Positions 1-13,370 are shown, counted from the first letter of the stretch. The stretch is 64,000 bases of DNA from Ginglymostoma cirratum (GCA_024137785.1 JAHRHZ010000100.1:2937427-3001426); one strand, 5' to 3'. Notes: generated by a model not told the origin, from the letters alone. Translations and numbers: made by a program.

Positions 1-214
1 GTCTTCAAGGTCCCCACAAATTGTACTTGCTTGGCCAGTCACAACTCCTTTCCATTAAATAGTGTTCATTCAAATGCCACTCTGGTGGAACATATAACTG
101 AAAGCAATGTCTGTTTTCTTTCTGTCCTAGTGTTCTATTGTTACTTCTAACCAGTTTGCTGTCATTTTGAGAATGTGTCCCTCAAACACAAGGACTTCTA
201 CAAAGTAACATGTA

Positions 215-362
215 TAACAAAAGCAAAACGGTGCAGCCGCTTGAAATCTGAAACAAACAATTAGAATGCTGAAGAAACTCAGCAGGTCTGACAGCATCTG
301 TCACAAGAGAAACGAGAGGTAACATTTCGAGTCCAATACAACTTTTCTTCAGAACTTCAGTT
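215..362 (-). mobile_element. Degenerate Neptune-type PLE terminus (HHR remnant plus ~100-nt tail)
   Basis: Matches the tail of the long copy at 3438-3575 (gctgaagaaactcagcaggtctgacagcatctg...aacatttcgagtcc...cttcagaact). Confidence 0.7.
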
Positions 363-3300
363 CTACTGAGTTTCTCTAGCCTTCTCTGAAATAACTTGGG
401 GGTGTTTGGATGGCAATGCCTGAACACAATACATTAAATGATGAGAATTTTATTTTTCCAAGGAATTTGCAATATTTTTCGTTGATATTGCATAGAATCT
501 GAGGACATTAAATAGTTCATACTGGGTGAGTGAAAATACATCGAGGACATAGAAGTATTCTGAGTGATCCAAGAGAGCAGGCAGGGTAGATGGGTACATT
601 GTAATGAAATGGAGTCCCCTGAGTAATCTGAGGGAGCATAACCTGGCATGGAGTTGGGTGTGAGAGTGAGGTTTAAGGGAGAATTAAGAAATTGTGTTTG
701 ATAAATAAAAGCCTGGCATTTCTAATGGACCCACATTTCTCATGCACTCCAGTGTGCGTCTCAGCCGTACTCCAAAAGTGACCCCATTCAAAAGACAAAA
801 ATGGTGGGTCGAATGTGTAGTTCACAAGCAACACAAAGGTGTACTGGTCAGGTTTTCCTCAAAACCAGGAAAGAATTCAGTCCTTGCTCTCAGACTGGTT
901 TGATAACATTCAAGGAAAAAAAAAGGCCAATACTTTGTATTAAAGACCCATATTCCGCACATAATAACAGTTGGCTGACAGTCAGTCAATGTTATGCCCA
1001 ATATCACTGGAGAAAACAAGCAAAAAGCCTGACCACATATAATCTGTCCATCCGGACAGAGAAAAAACAGAATAATATCTTAGGTGGAGACCATTGGTCC
1101 ATTTAGCTTTGAAATTAGTTGAGATTTGAATGGAAGTTTAAGTATAGAAAATGGAATGTTTGAATAAGAAGAATAAGAGTGAAAATGGATATTGGGAATT
1201 TTAGTCTGACAATCTGTCAAGAACAACTGCAGAACATTCCCTCAAGTGAATAAATACATGTCACGGAATGTAACAGTGAGCAGATTAGACTTGACCAATA
1301 GAAAGAATAAATAGTCAACCAAACTTGACTTATTTGTGTTGTTGTAAGCTTTGCAGGAAGTGGTGAACTTCCTAAACCCAAAATGAGACATGAACTGAAG
1401 CTGTTCCAAATTACTGACATCATTACTCCATCTTCTCCTGGAAAATATTTTTTCAGCTTTTCTTCATTGCAGTTTTTGCTTTTATTTTCTTTGTTCTTTA
1501 TTGAATTCCCAAAGATCACTTTTAACTTTGGGTATTGCAAAAGTATCATATTAAATGTTTATTTTAATTGCAACCCTTATTTGTTTAAAGTTCATCCTCT
1601 CCATCACTGTTCGATTCTGCTATGAGAGAAAAACAGGAATATTTTAGCTGTCCATTCTTTCATGGCAGACTGTCAATCAAACATGGTGGAGAGAGGAGAA
1701 ATATTTTCAGAAGGCAATGAAAAAATTCCATCCAGGCAGTTGTCTAACCCCTGTCATGAAACTCAGGCTCTCTAGTCAATAGCACCCTAGAGTCTCATGA
1801 AAGGACCTCTGCACAAAGCTTCATGATTTTCAACTGACTGATCAAAGCTGCCATAGGCACAATTTATAAACCACTAACTGATTTTCCAAAACATTTCTTA
1901 CAGGTCATCTGGTCTCCAAAGCCAACCTAATAATTATAATCTCTCATTCCTGGTGTAACTCTGATTTTTTTTGTGCCTATTTCATAGCTGCCATACACTC
2001 TTTTCATACAATCATATAGTTTGCTCAGAACAACATACAGTAGTCAGACAGTTGCTGAACTCACATTGTGTGCCCATTCAAAATCACTTTTTGGCATGTA
2101 TATTCAGTAAACTGATGCATACATTTCAGAATATCATTTCTGTCATTTTTGCCTTGTTCGGTGTATACACTCATACTTTAAAGTCTATTATTCCTTGACG
2201 TTTTTTAAATTTCAATTTGTTAAGAATCTTACTGTCTTGCGTATTAAAGTTGGTCCACACTTAATGTTGCACTCTGTTCCTGAGAATCACTACTTAAAGT
2301 GAAACAACTTTAACTGAAACATGGGTTCCCACACGAATTAATATTAAACCCAAAGTTCCTTCAGATATTTGCTTGCCCTAGAAAAATGTAATACACAACT
2401 CGCAAAATAAAATGTCATTGAATGTTTCCTGTGTGAATTCACATCTAAAAATTAATTGATGAATGCAAGTCCATGGGGTAAGAAGGTGTTTCAGTTCTTT
2501 TTTTGTTGCTTTTACAAAATGTTGGCATTGACAGACTTAACATCATTTACAGCAAACCTGAGAGGTGACTACGACAGGGTACTTATGTCTCTATTCTCTC
2601 TCCTGGCAGAGTTCAGCTTTGCCTTAGCTCATTTTTTTTCCAATGTTTTGTTTTCTCTTTCAAGCTTCTTTTCCTCTCTGCTGCACATTAGCTTGGGGAA
2701 GATACCACACCTCCACCATGGACTCACTCTCAACAACACTTGTATATGTATTCACTGACTACTTATTTGCAAACCCTATAATTTTCTGTTACTCCCTGAG
2801 TATCTTTCACTCTCTCTCTCTTTCTGTCTCTCAGAAATGTTCCTGTTCAAAAGCCAGTTATAGCTCCCTTAATGTACTAAGCTTTCCAACTCTTCTTTTT
2901 TCCATGTTGTTTTGAAAAATACATATTGCCAATCCAACGGAAATCTTGAGAGGGATAACCTGGAACCTGGCCAAACTGCTCAAGGCTGCTCCTAGTGTTG
3001 CAAAAGAATACTGCAGCTTTATCGTTGGAATGATGCTCACCAGTGAAATTTGATTCAAAGACTGGAGAGGCCATGACATTGCTCTTACACCTTCAAAAGA
3101 GTGTCAATTTTTTTTTTTAAATGGCTCAGAAGGTTAAGTTATCTATTGGCTAGTGAACAATGCACAAATGCTGAGAGGTAGCATGATTCCATTTGGGTAC
3201 TGACAGCTGACTGTGCATGACATATTGCTGCATCATCAATTTTAAACTGAAAATAGAATGTATACCAAGGAAATAGTCACAGAGAGAAAGCAACATTTTT

Positions 3301-3437
3301 GCAAAATATTTTTTGAAATAACCGCGTAATGTTGAGTTTGAAATCCCTGCACTTCATTTTGCTGATCTATTTTACACTTTATGCATCGAAATTGCCACCC
3401 TTCTTTTCACTCAACTAATGAGTGCTAATTCTCTTAT

Positions 3438-4502
3438 AAAAACCAAAAGAACAGTGGATGCTGTAGATCAGGAACAAAAACAAAGTTGCTGGAAAAGCTC
3501 AGCAGGTCTGGCAGCATCAGTGAAGGAAAAAACAGAGTTAACGCTTTGGGTCCGGTGACCCTTCCTCAGAACTGATGGTGGCTGGGAAAACATCAATTTA
3601 TATTCAGAAAATAGGGAGGTGGGTGGGGTAGGGGGTAAACGATAGAAGTAGACTAAACAAAAGTAGAGGATAGAGCCCAAAGAGAGAGAAAGACTGTTGG
3701 ACAGACAAAGGAGTTGCTAATGATCAGGCTGGGAGGGTGAATAGTTGTTAATGGGTACTGTTAGTGACTAACAACAGGGAATGTGTAATGGCAGGCTATG
3801 TGGTAACAAGGCTGGTGCGTGGGGTAGGGGGCTGGGACATAGGAGAGTTTAGGCCCTAACATGATTGCACTCAATATTGAGTCCGGAGGGCTGCAGGGTA
3901 GCCAAGCGGAAAATGAGGTTTTGCTCCTCCAGCTTTGCTGGAACACTGTAGCAAGCCAAAGACAGAGATGTTGGCCGGGGAGCAGGGTGGTGCACTGAAG
4001 TGGTTTCAGAGATCGTAGGAACTGCAGATGCTGGAGAATCTGAGATAACAAGGTACAGAGCTGGATGAACACAGCAGGCCAAGCAGCATCATAGGAGCAG
4101 GAAAGCTGACGTTTCAGGCCTAGACCCTTCGGCAACTGGTAGTTCAGGGTCTTTTTTGCGTGCAGAAGGTAGATGTTCTGCGAAGTGGTCGCCAAGTCTA
4201 TGCTTCGTTTCCCCAATGCAGAGGAGACCACATTGTGAGCAGCAAATGCAGTAGACCAGATTCTGGGAAGTGCAGGTGAGGTGTTGCTTCACCTGGAAGG
4301 TATGTTTGGGCCCTTGGATATCCGGGAGGGAGGAGGTAAATGGGCAGGTGTTGCACCTTTGCTGGTTACAGGGGAAGGTGCTGTAGGGCCGTGGGGAGGT
4401 GTTGGGGGTGAAGGAAGTGTGGACCAGGGTGTCGCAGAGGGAACGGTCCCTGCGGAAGGCGGACAATGGAGGGGAGGGGAGTATGTGTCTGGTGGTGGTG
4501 TT
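3438..4502 (-). mobile_element. Penelope-like element (Neptune-type), 5'-truncated: Zn-linker/GIY-YIG endonuclease, 3' UTR, HHR and tail
   Basis: ORF 4089-4574 reads FRRDRSLCDTLV...PCNQQRCNTCPF...TCTSQNLVYCICCSQCGLLCIGETKHRLGDHFAEHL, a GIY-YIG domain. The C-terminal LEEQNLIFRLATLQPSGLNIE is in ORF 3849-4082. A 12-bp TSD taattctcttat lies at 3426-3437 and 4503-4514. Confidence 0.9.
4004..4130 (-). mobile_element. Second-subfamily PLE terminus nested inside the Neptune endonuclease
   Basis: Interrupts DPELPVA|HFSA. It belongs to the same subfamily as 31113-31238, 35172-35300 and 46067-46277, and begins inside the HHR (gaagggtctaggcctgaaacgtcagc on the minus strand). Confidence 0.85.
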
Positions 4503-4814
4503 TAATTCTCTTATGTTTTCCCTCAACTCTGGTGCACTTCCTAATTTGGGATAAGAAGCAAGCCTTGGTATCACTCCAACATACTACGGTCAATTAATTT
4601 ATAAAAAATGAAGATAAAATATCAATAAAAGGCCCAGTACTGACCTCTGGGTCACAGGACTGATTCATACTCCAAACGTGAAAACAAAACGTAGCCCTTA
4701 AACTTTTGGCCTATCATCTTGAATGTTGTTGGATCGCCTTCAATACGATGAGAACTTGTGTTCTTCACAAATCTTCCATGAAATACTTTTAGATCCTTAA
4801 ATTGCACCAGGTTC

Positions 4815-5225
4815 ATGTTAACTTTTATTTATGAGGATAGAGTGAAGAAACTGGGACTGTTGTCCTTGGAGAGAAGAAGGATGGAAGGAGATTTGATAGA
4901 GGTCGACCACGTAATGTGCGGGCTGAGTAAAGCAGATTGGGAAAAGCTGTTTTTGCTCATAAAAGAAAATATAAAGAACAAGAGATCTTATATTTGCATA
5001 AAGAAGCAAGTGCAATTTGAGAGAAAAAGACTCAATGAGTATCCAGTGTGTGGAATATACTGCATGTAATGGAGGCAGGTTCAATAGAAGCATTCAAGAT
5101 GGCACTGGATGGTTATTTGGTTAGAAATGCGGTGATATTCAGAAAAGGCAGGAGATAGGTAGTAGACAAGGTGCAGGCACCAAGGGCTAAACGGTCTCCT
5201 TCTGCATTGTAACAGCTGTGATTCT
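4815..5225 (+). mobile_element. CR1 LINE 3' fragment
   Basis: YEDRVKKLGLLSLERRRMEGDLIEV is the CR1 ORF2 C-terminal signature, followed by a CR1-type 3' tail. Confidence 0.8.
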
Positions 5226-6224
5226 TAAGCATTCGTACTATAATTTTCTCTGAAATTTCCATTAACTTAAGATAAACTAGACCTGCCCTTCACAAATCGG
5301 TGCAAACTGTCCTGACGTAGTCCTGCCTTTCCCTTGCATTCACTCATTTTATTTCACATCACGAATTGACAAATGGCACATACTGAACATTCGCATACAT
5401 GACATGAAACATTTTATAAGTATTGCCCCAAACAGTTTGAAAAGCTGTGTACTTATATTTGCAAATACAACGTTATATAAGACTACATATTTGTTAAATG
5501 GTTACTTCAGCGTTGTTACCCAGATTTCAGATTCTTCCATCTGAAATAAAATCCTGCCACCCAAACGTGCAAAAATCATCAGATTAATTCAGTTGATTTT
5601 GGATCAAATTTAATTGATTTTGTTTAGGGAGCCTGCACATTCATTCAAACATTCGGTGTCTTTGCCCACCCTTTTGATTCTAATAAATGAAAACAAGTTT
5701 AATTTTGACAGAATGGCGGAGAAACAAAATGGATGGCCTCAAATAGATAGCTTGAAAAATCGGTTAAGAATCCTAATGCATATTGAGCCATGTAAGTTGA
5801 TTGAAATTCATGCAGTTTGCCAGTTTCTTGCTGCCTGCTCATTTATTGGCTACAACGAGCACCAAGTGTGCTGTTCATTGACAGCAAATTTGCCACACAT
5901 GCTAATACCCACTGAAGCTGGGCTGCCCAGGCTTAGAATTTCTCGAGGTTGTCCTGCAATAGCATCTGTTGTCTTCTCCACTAAGTTTCAACAGATTTCC
6001 ATCAACCATGTTTCAACAGGTGACATTAAAACAGACAAAAACATTTCAATACTGAGCTCAAAGTGGCTACTCAAGTATTATTTGTTTCCATCTGTCTGCA
6101 ATAGCACACGGTTAGTTAATAGATTTCATTTGGAATCTTTATTTTGTGCCTGTTTTGTTATTGCACTGTGCCCAGTTGACAATGTGATGATCAGTGGCAG
6201 ACTGAAGCTAAGGTTGTTTTTCTC

Positions 6225-6560
6225 ATTGCAAAAATGTACTTTATTCATAAAAAAATCTTTATGTACATGCACAGTCACTGATGCAGTTCCATACAGTCTT
6301 TGTACCTGAAGAATGAGCGAACATTAGAATTTGATATTCCCTGCATTTACAAAACAAAACCTATGGCATTTCTTACTTATACAGGATTATATTTACAGAT
6401 ACTTGAGGCACCGAGAAGGTCTGATAACTGGACAGACCCCCATTGTACTTTGGCAGAAAGACCTTAAATGATGGTCTTTCCCCACTGTCTCTTGGCAGCA
6501 GCTGCCCCAAACTTCATGACATCCCTCAGCACGTAGTCCTGGACCTTGGAATGTGACAAT
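6225..6560 (-). mobile_element. Tx1/L1-clade LINE 3' end
   Basis: The minus strand encodes SHSKVQDYVLRDVMKFGAAAAKRQWGKTII*, followed by a 3' UTR ending tttatgaataaagtacatttttg. Confidence 0.65.
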
Positions 6561-6569
6561 GTACAACAC

Positions 6570-6948
6570 TGGAGGTTGAGAGTTGACCTTATAGAGGTTT
6601 ACAAAGTCATGAGGCGTATCGATACAGCGAATAGCAGGTGTCTTTTCCCTAAGATGAGGGATCTTAAGCCTAGGAAGCATATCTTTCAGGTGAGAGAAGG
6701 AAGATTATAAAAGACATGAGGGGCAATTTTTTTACAAATGGTTCATGTGTGGAATGAACTTCCTGAAGAAGTGGTGGATGCAGATACAGTTACAATGTTG
6801 AAAAGTGATTCAGGTAAGGATATGAATAAGAAAAGTTTTGAGGATATGGGCCAAGCACAGGCAGGTGGGACTAGTTTAGTTTGGGATTATAGTCAGCACA
6901 GACTGTTGGACCAAAGGATCTGATTCCATGCTGCATGACTCTATGATT
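6570..6948 (+). mobile_element. CR1 LINE 3' fragment
   Basis: Encodes RLRVDLIEVYKVMR and VHVWNELPEEVVDADT; the tail ends gactctatga. Confidence 0.85.
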
Positions 6949-7071
6949 TTACACGCAATCAAGGTCAACCTTGCACTGGAAGACCAACAGGTTTCAGGCA
7001 GATGAAAGAGCATCTTTCACCGAGTTGATGGTCTTCCAGCCGCAGTCAATATTCATCTCGGTGTTTAAAAT

Positions 7072-7822
7072 TTTTGAAAAGATTTGTATCTTGGGTTGAG
7101 AACAAGGTTGTGGACATGATCGCCGAGCTGATGGGTTTGGATGCAAATGTTTCATCACCCTGCTAGGTAACAATATCAGTGCGCCTCTGGTGAAGTGTCG
7201 GCGTTCTGTCCCACTTGTTATTTATATGCCTCGGTTTGCTGGGGCGGTTGGTATTAATTCCAGTTCTGTTTCTCAGTGGTTTGTACACAGGGTCTAATTC
7301 AATGTGTTTGTTGATGCAGTTCCAGTTGGAATTCCAGGCCTCCAGGAATTCCCTGGTGTGCCTCTATTTGGTTTGTGCAATTATGGACGTGTTGTCCCAG
7401 TCAAATTTGTGTCCCGCATTGCCTGTGTGCAGTGAGACAAATGAGAATTGGTTGTGTCTCTTGGTGGCTAGTTGGTGTTCTTATATCCGTATTGTGAGTT
7501 TTCTTCCTGTTTGGCCTTTGTAGTGCTTCTCACAGTCCTTGCATGTATATTGAAATGTATATATGCATGTACATGTGCATTTTGTATATAACACCGGTTT
7601 TGCTGGTTTTGGGTATGGGATCCTTTACATTTGTCAGTAGCTATCGCAGGATGGTTCCAGAACTGGAAGTGATGCCAACCACCCCAGCAAACTGAGGCAT
7701 ATAAATAACAAGTGGGATAGAATACCGATGCTTTGCCGGAGGCACACTGATGATGTTACCTAGCAGGGTGACGAAATGTTTACATCCAAACGCACTGGCT
7801 TGGCAAGCATGTCTACTACCTC
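7072..7822. mobile_element. Poseidon/Penelope-type PLE 3' fragment (minus, ~7072-7660) with an inverted terminal copy (plus, ~7660-7822)
   Basis: The minus arm encodes CKDCEKHYKGQTGRKLTIRI..HQLATKRH (GIY-YIG). 7660-7822 is the reverse complement of about 7105-7270. Confidence 0.85.
7744..7783 (+). ncRNA. Type I hammerhead ribozyme motif in a PLE terminal repeat (core intact, stems I and III eroded)
   Basis: CTGATGA (7747-7753), stem II GTTACC/GGTGAC around TAGCAG, GAAA (7773-7776), then TG-T-T. Confidence 0.65.
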
Positions 7823-8360
7823 ATTTGTCCGGTGTGCATCCCAGGAAACAGACCATAAAACGCAAAGTCCTGCATCACAGAACTGTTCAGATGAACTTCA
7901 ACAAGCTAAGGTTGTTCTTGCCTGAGGAATAGTGCTTACAGTTACGGTCTGTTAGTTTGGCCTGGTCTGCATGAGCTGGTTTGCTTTCTCAGTCCTGCTC
8001 AGTTCCACCCTGCACCAAAGCAGCCACGTCTAGAAGCAAACGGTTTTGCATATGTCCTTTAGGACTTGTCACAACTCTCTGTAGAGAGTTAGCAACCTCA
8101 AACAACCATTGCAAGCACCAAGCGCATGTTGTATCATAGTGACACGATAAGAAGAAATCAGTAACCAACGAAGCTGCAAGCAGTCGATCCTTATAGATAG
8201 CACTGGTGGGAGGGTTCTCCTTGCTGCTGAGAGTTTTAGTGTAAGTGTTGGTTTCAAACCCACGTTGCAGGCTGACTGGTATCATGAATTGCCTGTGATG
8301 CCACAGATGATGGATATTATTTGTGGGGCTAGCTAATCCATTGACTAATATCCATTGACA

Positions 8361-8714
8361 GGGAAAGTGATGGCCTAGGAGTATTATTGCTGGACTGTTA
8401 ACCCAGAGACCCAGATAATGTTCTGCAGACCTGTGTTTGAATTCTGCCACGGCAGATGGTGAAATTTGAATTCAATAAATAGCTGGAATTAAGAATGTAA
8501 TGATGATCATGAATCCATTGTCGATTGTCAGGAAAAGCCCATCTGGTTCATTAATGTCCTTTAGGGAAGGAAACTGTCATCCTTACCTGGTCTGGCCGAC
8601 ATGTGACTCCAGACTCACAGCAATGTGGCTGACTCTCAACCATCCTCTGGGCAATTAGGGATGGGCAATACATGCTGCCTGGCCAGTGATCCCCTCATCC
8701 CGTGAATGAATAAA
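8361..8714 (+). mobile_element. tRNA-derived SINE whose tail is shared with the LINE at 42265-42578
   Basis: A-box-like tggcctagg and B-box-like gtttgaattc. The body and tail (ccatctggttca...gggcaattagggatgggcaa) recur at 22538-22718. Confidence 0.75.
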
Positions 8715-8918
8715 GGATATAGACCATAGTGCAATTCATGCCAGAAGTGAACACCTGTGTATTACCCACCACTCTGAATCCAAATTGCTTCTGAAGAAGG
8801 GGAACGTTTGAGCACATGCTTGCGTCTGTAGTTTTTTCATCATCACCTTTATTTTGTTGAAGTTTAAAAAATGTAGAGTGTTAGGCATCTCACATCATCT
8901 GTCCTTTGACCATTGCAT

Positions 8919-8954
8919 GTGAGAGAGAGACAGAGAGAGCGAGCGAGAGAGAGA
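8919..8954. repeat. Imperfect (GA)n microsatellite
   Basis: gtgagagagagacagagagagcgagcgagagagaga. Confidence 0.85.
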
Positions 8955-10415
8955 AAGATTTAGTGCGGGGAGTGCCTAAGGCACAAAGGCAGTGGTGGTT
9001 CCTGCAAGCATACTGATCTTTCCACTGCAGAAGGGGATATAGCTGGCCAGGAATTGGATAAATGGGGGAAAAAATGGGTATCATCCAAGTGTAAATAGCA
9101 ATACGGTTATTGAAGAAAACTGTTTGAAACGTCGTAAGAAATGGGAGATAGATGCAACATTATTGCAGACCTCTAAGTTCAGAAAGAGGAGGAGGGAAGA
9201 AAATGAAGAAAATATGATTGGGCAATGGAGAACTTTGAAATATGTGAAGTAAGGAATTTGAACACTTTAAGATTCTGAGGAAAAATGAGTTGGAAAATGC
9301 ATTGGGTTTTTCTTTTGCTAATGTAAACCTTTGTGGAATTCCATTCATGAAGACAACACAAAATCATTGGAAACTCACGCATTTTGTCACAAGTTTTGAA
9401 CATACTGCCAAGCAAAATCCAGTCCTCGTTCACTGCCCATATTAAATATGTATGAACATGCCTCCTTTGAAATGATACTCTTGAATTGAAACTGAAAGGG
9501 AATGAAAGAAAAGTATTTAGATTAGATCTTAAATGTCTTTAAAATAAGAATGAGGAGAATGGAAAGGCTAAGAATAAGCAGGAGGAAAATACTGTAATTT
9601 CAATTCACAATAACTTCCAGTAAATTAGACTGCAGAGACAGATGTATACACCTCCAGATACAGCACCATTTCAATTGTTATTCAGATGAACACTGAGAAT
9701 TGAGGAACGGCGAGTACATTTGATAATAAGCATTCATTATGTAACTAAAATTAAAAAGATACGATGTGACCTTGGAGTCACATTGTTGGACGATCAGGTT
9801 CTAAGAACATAGTTTACAACTTTAATCTGTTTCAATATCTGATGCACCCAGCACTCGTTGGTCAATTTGCTCAATTGTTGAAGATATTGCTCTCACAGGC
9901 CCTCACACAATCATTTTTGCTACTTTTATGAATATTCATATCACTCAGGAAACAATTCCTGATATCACTCTTCATACCATTTTTGTGTATTAATTAGCAA
10001 ATTTAATTGGTACTTTTAAGCTTTTGGACATTAGGGATAATTCTAAAGTCCAGCACTCCCAGAAGGGAGTCTCATTCAAAGCATCAATGCAAGCACTTGA
10101 AACATTCTAGCCCCAAATCGGAAAGTCTTGCTCCAGTCAAATGTGACAGTCTATAGGGAGCACTAAACTGTAGAATTGTCCAAATCATGTCACGTATCAT
10201 CAGTCAAATTATGATTACTGCTTGCATGTGTGCAGATGAACAGAAACTCAAACTGTGTTGATGCAAATTCTCCCTTTCTGTATTGTAACTGCTGAATAAT
10301 TCTCCAAAGCGCGTTAAATTTTCATGTATTTTCTGACAATGCTATAAGGAACCTTCCCACAAAGGGTGATGCTGTACTGAGTCTTGTTGGTCTGCATTCC
10401 AGGGTTTTATTAAAC

Positions 10416-11285
10416 CCATAGGACGTAGAACAGAAGAAGGCCAGGTGGCCCATTGTTATGGACCAGACCATACCCCCTTCAAACATATCAAGGAGATTGC
10501 CTAGACCCTAGCTTTTATCTTATTTGAAGGCAAGTGTAGGGTGCTGTGTTCCAGATGTGATTCAAATGGTTATGCTACTCAGCTTTAAGCAAAACACACT
10601 TTATCCTTCTCCTATAGTTAAAACACAAACAAAAGCAAAGCAAGACTTGGTACAACGTAACTCTATCAGAAAAAAATAGAATAACATATTAATTAACTAC
10701 TAAACAGCAACTGATCCAAAATAGTAACATCTCATAAACATACCCTTGGCAAAGGCAAATTCAATAAAATAGATTGTCTCACATGCGATTTTGGCAGCAG
10801 AGAAAGAAAATTCTGTTGTGGGAGGTGGGTGGGGGCAGCTTCCACAGCAGACTTCAAAACCCCAACATCTGAAAAGCAAACTAAAGCCCTGGTTCTGTGG
10901 GAGCCTGTCTCCACCTATCCATGCTACTTCTATTGTGCCAAATTTAAAACGAAACCAAGACCTCACAAGCTGTTTAATTTATTGGCTTTGAATAGACAGC
11001 TCTTCACCAATGGTCAAAATCTCTCTTCAAAAAGAATCTAGGACAAATATACATCTCTTAAAACCATAGAATTGTCACACCATCAGGTCTGCTGTACCAT
11101 TCAATGATGTCATGGTTGCTTTGATAATCCTACATTCCACTTTCCGATCTTTCCCCATAACTCATGATTCCCTTACTGATTAAAAATCTGTCTGTATCAG
11201 CGTTGAATATACTCAATGACCCAGGCTCAACAGACCACTGCACTGAAGAATTCAACAGATTCACGACCCCCTGAGAAAAGAGACT
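10416..11285 (-). mobile_element. CR1 3' end split by a solo LTR
   Basis: The CR1 tail cataggacgtagaacagaagaaggccaggtggcccat|caggtctgctgtaccattcaatga rejoins across 10454-11079. ORF 11130-11321 has FSQGVVNLLNS. Confidence 0.75.
10454..11079 (-). mobile_element. Solo LTR (Gypsy-type, 4-bp TSD)
   Basis: TG...CA ends with a perfect CCAT duplication at 10450-10453 and 11080-11083. Homologous to 36356-37311 and 43861-45523. Confidence 0.85.
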
Positions 11286-11287
11286 GA

Positions 11288-12210
11288 TTGATTTATTGCT
11301 GTTAGGTGTACCAAGATGCAATGAAAAGTGTTGTTTTGTGCGCTATACAAGCAGATTGTACCATACAAAGTGTATCAGGGTAGCAGAGCAGAGCGAAGCA
11401 CACAGTGTTACAGCTGCAGAGAAGGTACAAGGAGAGAGATCAGAATTAACATTTGAGAGGTCAGTTCAAAAGTCTGATAACAGTGGGAAGAAGCTGTTCT
11501 TGAATTTACTTGTACCTGTTCAAACTGTTATATTATCTGCCTGATGGAAGACAGTGAGAGAGAGTATAACCGTGGTGGGAGGGGTTGCTGTTTGTTGCTT
11601 TATTGAGGCAGCAGGATATATAAATGAGTAAGTGAAAGGTTGGTCTGTGCGATGGATTGGGCTGTGTTCTCAGCTCTCTGCAGTTTCTTGTGGTATTGGG
11701 GAGAGCAGTTGCCATTCAAAGCCTTGATGCATCTGGATAGGATGTTTTCTATGGTGCAGCTATAAAAATTGGTGAGAGTCCTTGTGGGCATGCTAAATTT
11801 CCTTAGCTTCCTGAGGAAGTGGAGATGTTGTACTATCTCAACTGTCACTTCGAAGCAGTTGGACTAGGACAGATTGTTGACCGTCACTCCCAGGAACGTG
11901 ACACTCTCGGCCATCTCCAACTCAGCACCATTGATGAGGGTAGACACCATTGATGTAGACAGGGGCGTGCCCTCCACTCTGCTTCTTGAAGTCAATGACC
12001 AGCTCATTCGTTTTGCTGACATTGATGGAGAGATTGTTGTCTTTACTCTATGTCTTCTTTGTATTCTGTCTTGACATTGTTTGAGAGCTGGCCTACAACA
12101 GTGGTGTCATCAGCAAACTTGTAAATGGAGTTGGGGTGGAATTTGGTCACACTGTTGTGAGTGTATAAGGGGTACAGTAGGCAGCTGGGTACTCAGCCTT
12201 ATGGGGCACT
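11288..12210 (-). mobile_element. Rex1/Babar-type LINE 3' fragment (RT)
   Basis: The minus strand has KFADDTTVVG (~12095-12122) and QHLHFLRKLRKFSMPTRTLTNFYSCTIENILSRCI. A short related piece lies at ~13985-14095. Confidence 0.8.
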
Positions 12211-12560
12211 TTGGTAGGAAGAATAGAGGAATTGAATATTAGTTAAATGAAGAAACATGGCAGAAAGTTACAGAAATGATTTTAAAACTCTTGACCTTGA
12301 GTCACAAAAAGCTGGCAAGTATCAGGGAATGCAAAGGAATGGAGCATAAAAATAGGGAGGCTTTGCTAAAACTATGCAAAACACTAATTAGACCACAGCT
12401 GGAACACTGTGAACAGCTTTGGGCCCCTTATCTAAGGCCAGATATACTGACATTGGAGCCAGACCAAAGAAGGCTCAATAGTTTGATACCAGATATAGAG
12501 GAACCATCTTATGATGAGATATTGAGTAGATCGAGACAGTACTCATTAGAATAAAGAAGA
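12210..12560 (+). mobile_element. CR1 ORF2 fragment
   Basis: KGMEHKNREALLKLCKTLIRPQLEHCEQLWAPYL. Confidence 0.85.
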
Positions 12561-13179
12561 ACTGAGTTCAAACCATCTCTCTTCAGACTAATTCAATCAG
12601 ATCCATTTCCCCACTCTAGCCTGGTGGTCCTAGGAATATATTTTCTTCAAGTTCCTATCCCTTTTTCTTTTGACATTATGCACTATGTCCATTTCCAAAA
12701 CCCCTGTAGGGTGACTTCCAAATCATTATTATTCATTCACTATAAAGTTCTTCTTCATATCTCCTCACATCTCTTGCCCAAAACGGTAATATCTGTGCAC
12801 CTTCCTTCTTGTCCAATATTATAATAGGAGCAGCTTTTCTAAATTTGGCTCGGAGAAGGGAAATAAATAAATGCCAAATAAATAAAGCATTCATACGCAT
12901 TGCAAAATGATGAATTGTAAGCATAGAGTTGCCTTGTTAAAGCTGATGTCTTAAGCCCACTTTGCCAATCAATATCTGTTCAGCTCTTTTATGAGTGTTT
13001 TGACTTGGTATGTCAAGTAATTACCAAGTAACCAATTCAGTTCAAAATCTTCTTCACAGCATCAGGTGCAAAGATGCAAGCATTGAAGCAATTGGTATGA
13101 CAGATGTTTTGTTTTTAGCTTTGAAAACTGCCTCATCGGATATCAGTGTTCATACTTTGTAATGAATTAATTCTTTTAC

Positions 13180-13370
13180 AATGAAAGCAGAATCCAGTGG
13201 AGGTCTGAAACAAAAGGGGAAAATGTTACAAAAATACAGTAGGTCTGGCAGCATCTGTAGAAAGGGAAACAGAGCTACTTGAAGAACTCACTGGACTCAA
13301 AACTTTGCTTCTCTCTCCACAGATCCAGCAAGAACAGTTGTGTTCCTCCGGTATTTTGTGTTTCTGATTG
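13180..13370. mobile_element. Old inverted pair of Neptune-type PLE termini
   Basis: aggtctggcagcatctgtag (minus arm) is followed by tgaagaactcactggactcaaaac...ctctctccacagat (plus arm). Confidence 0.55.

Noticed and set aside
5614-6309. Longest ORF in the track (231 aa)
   Set aside because: Non-ATG start, no recognisable domain, and it runs antisense into a Tx1 3' UTR; likely chance.
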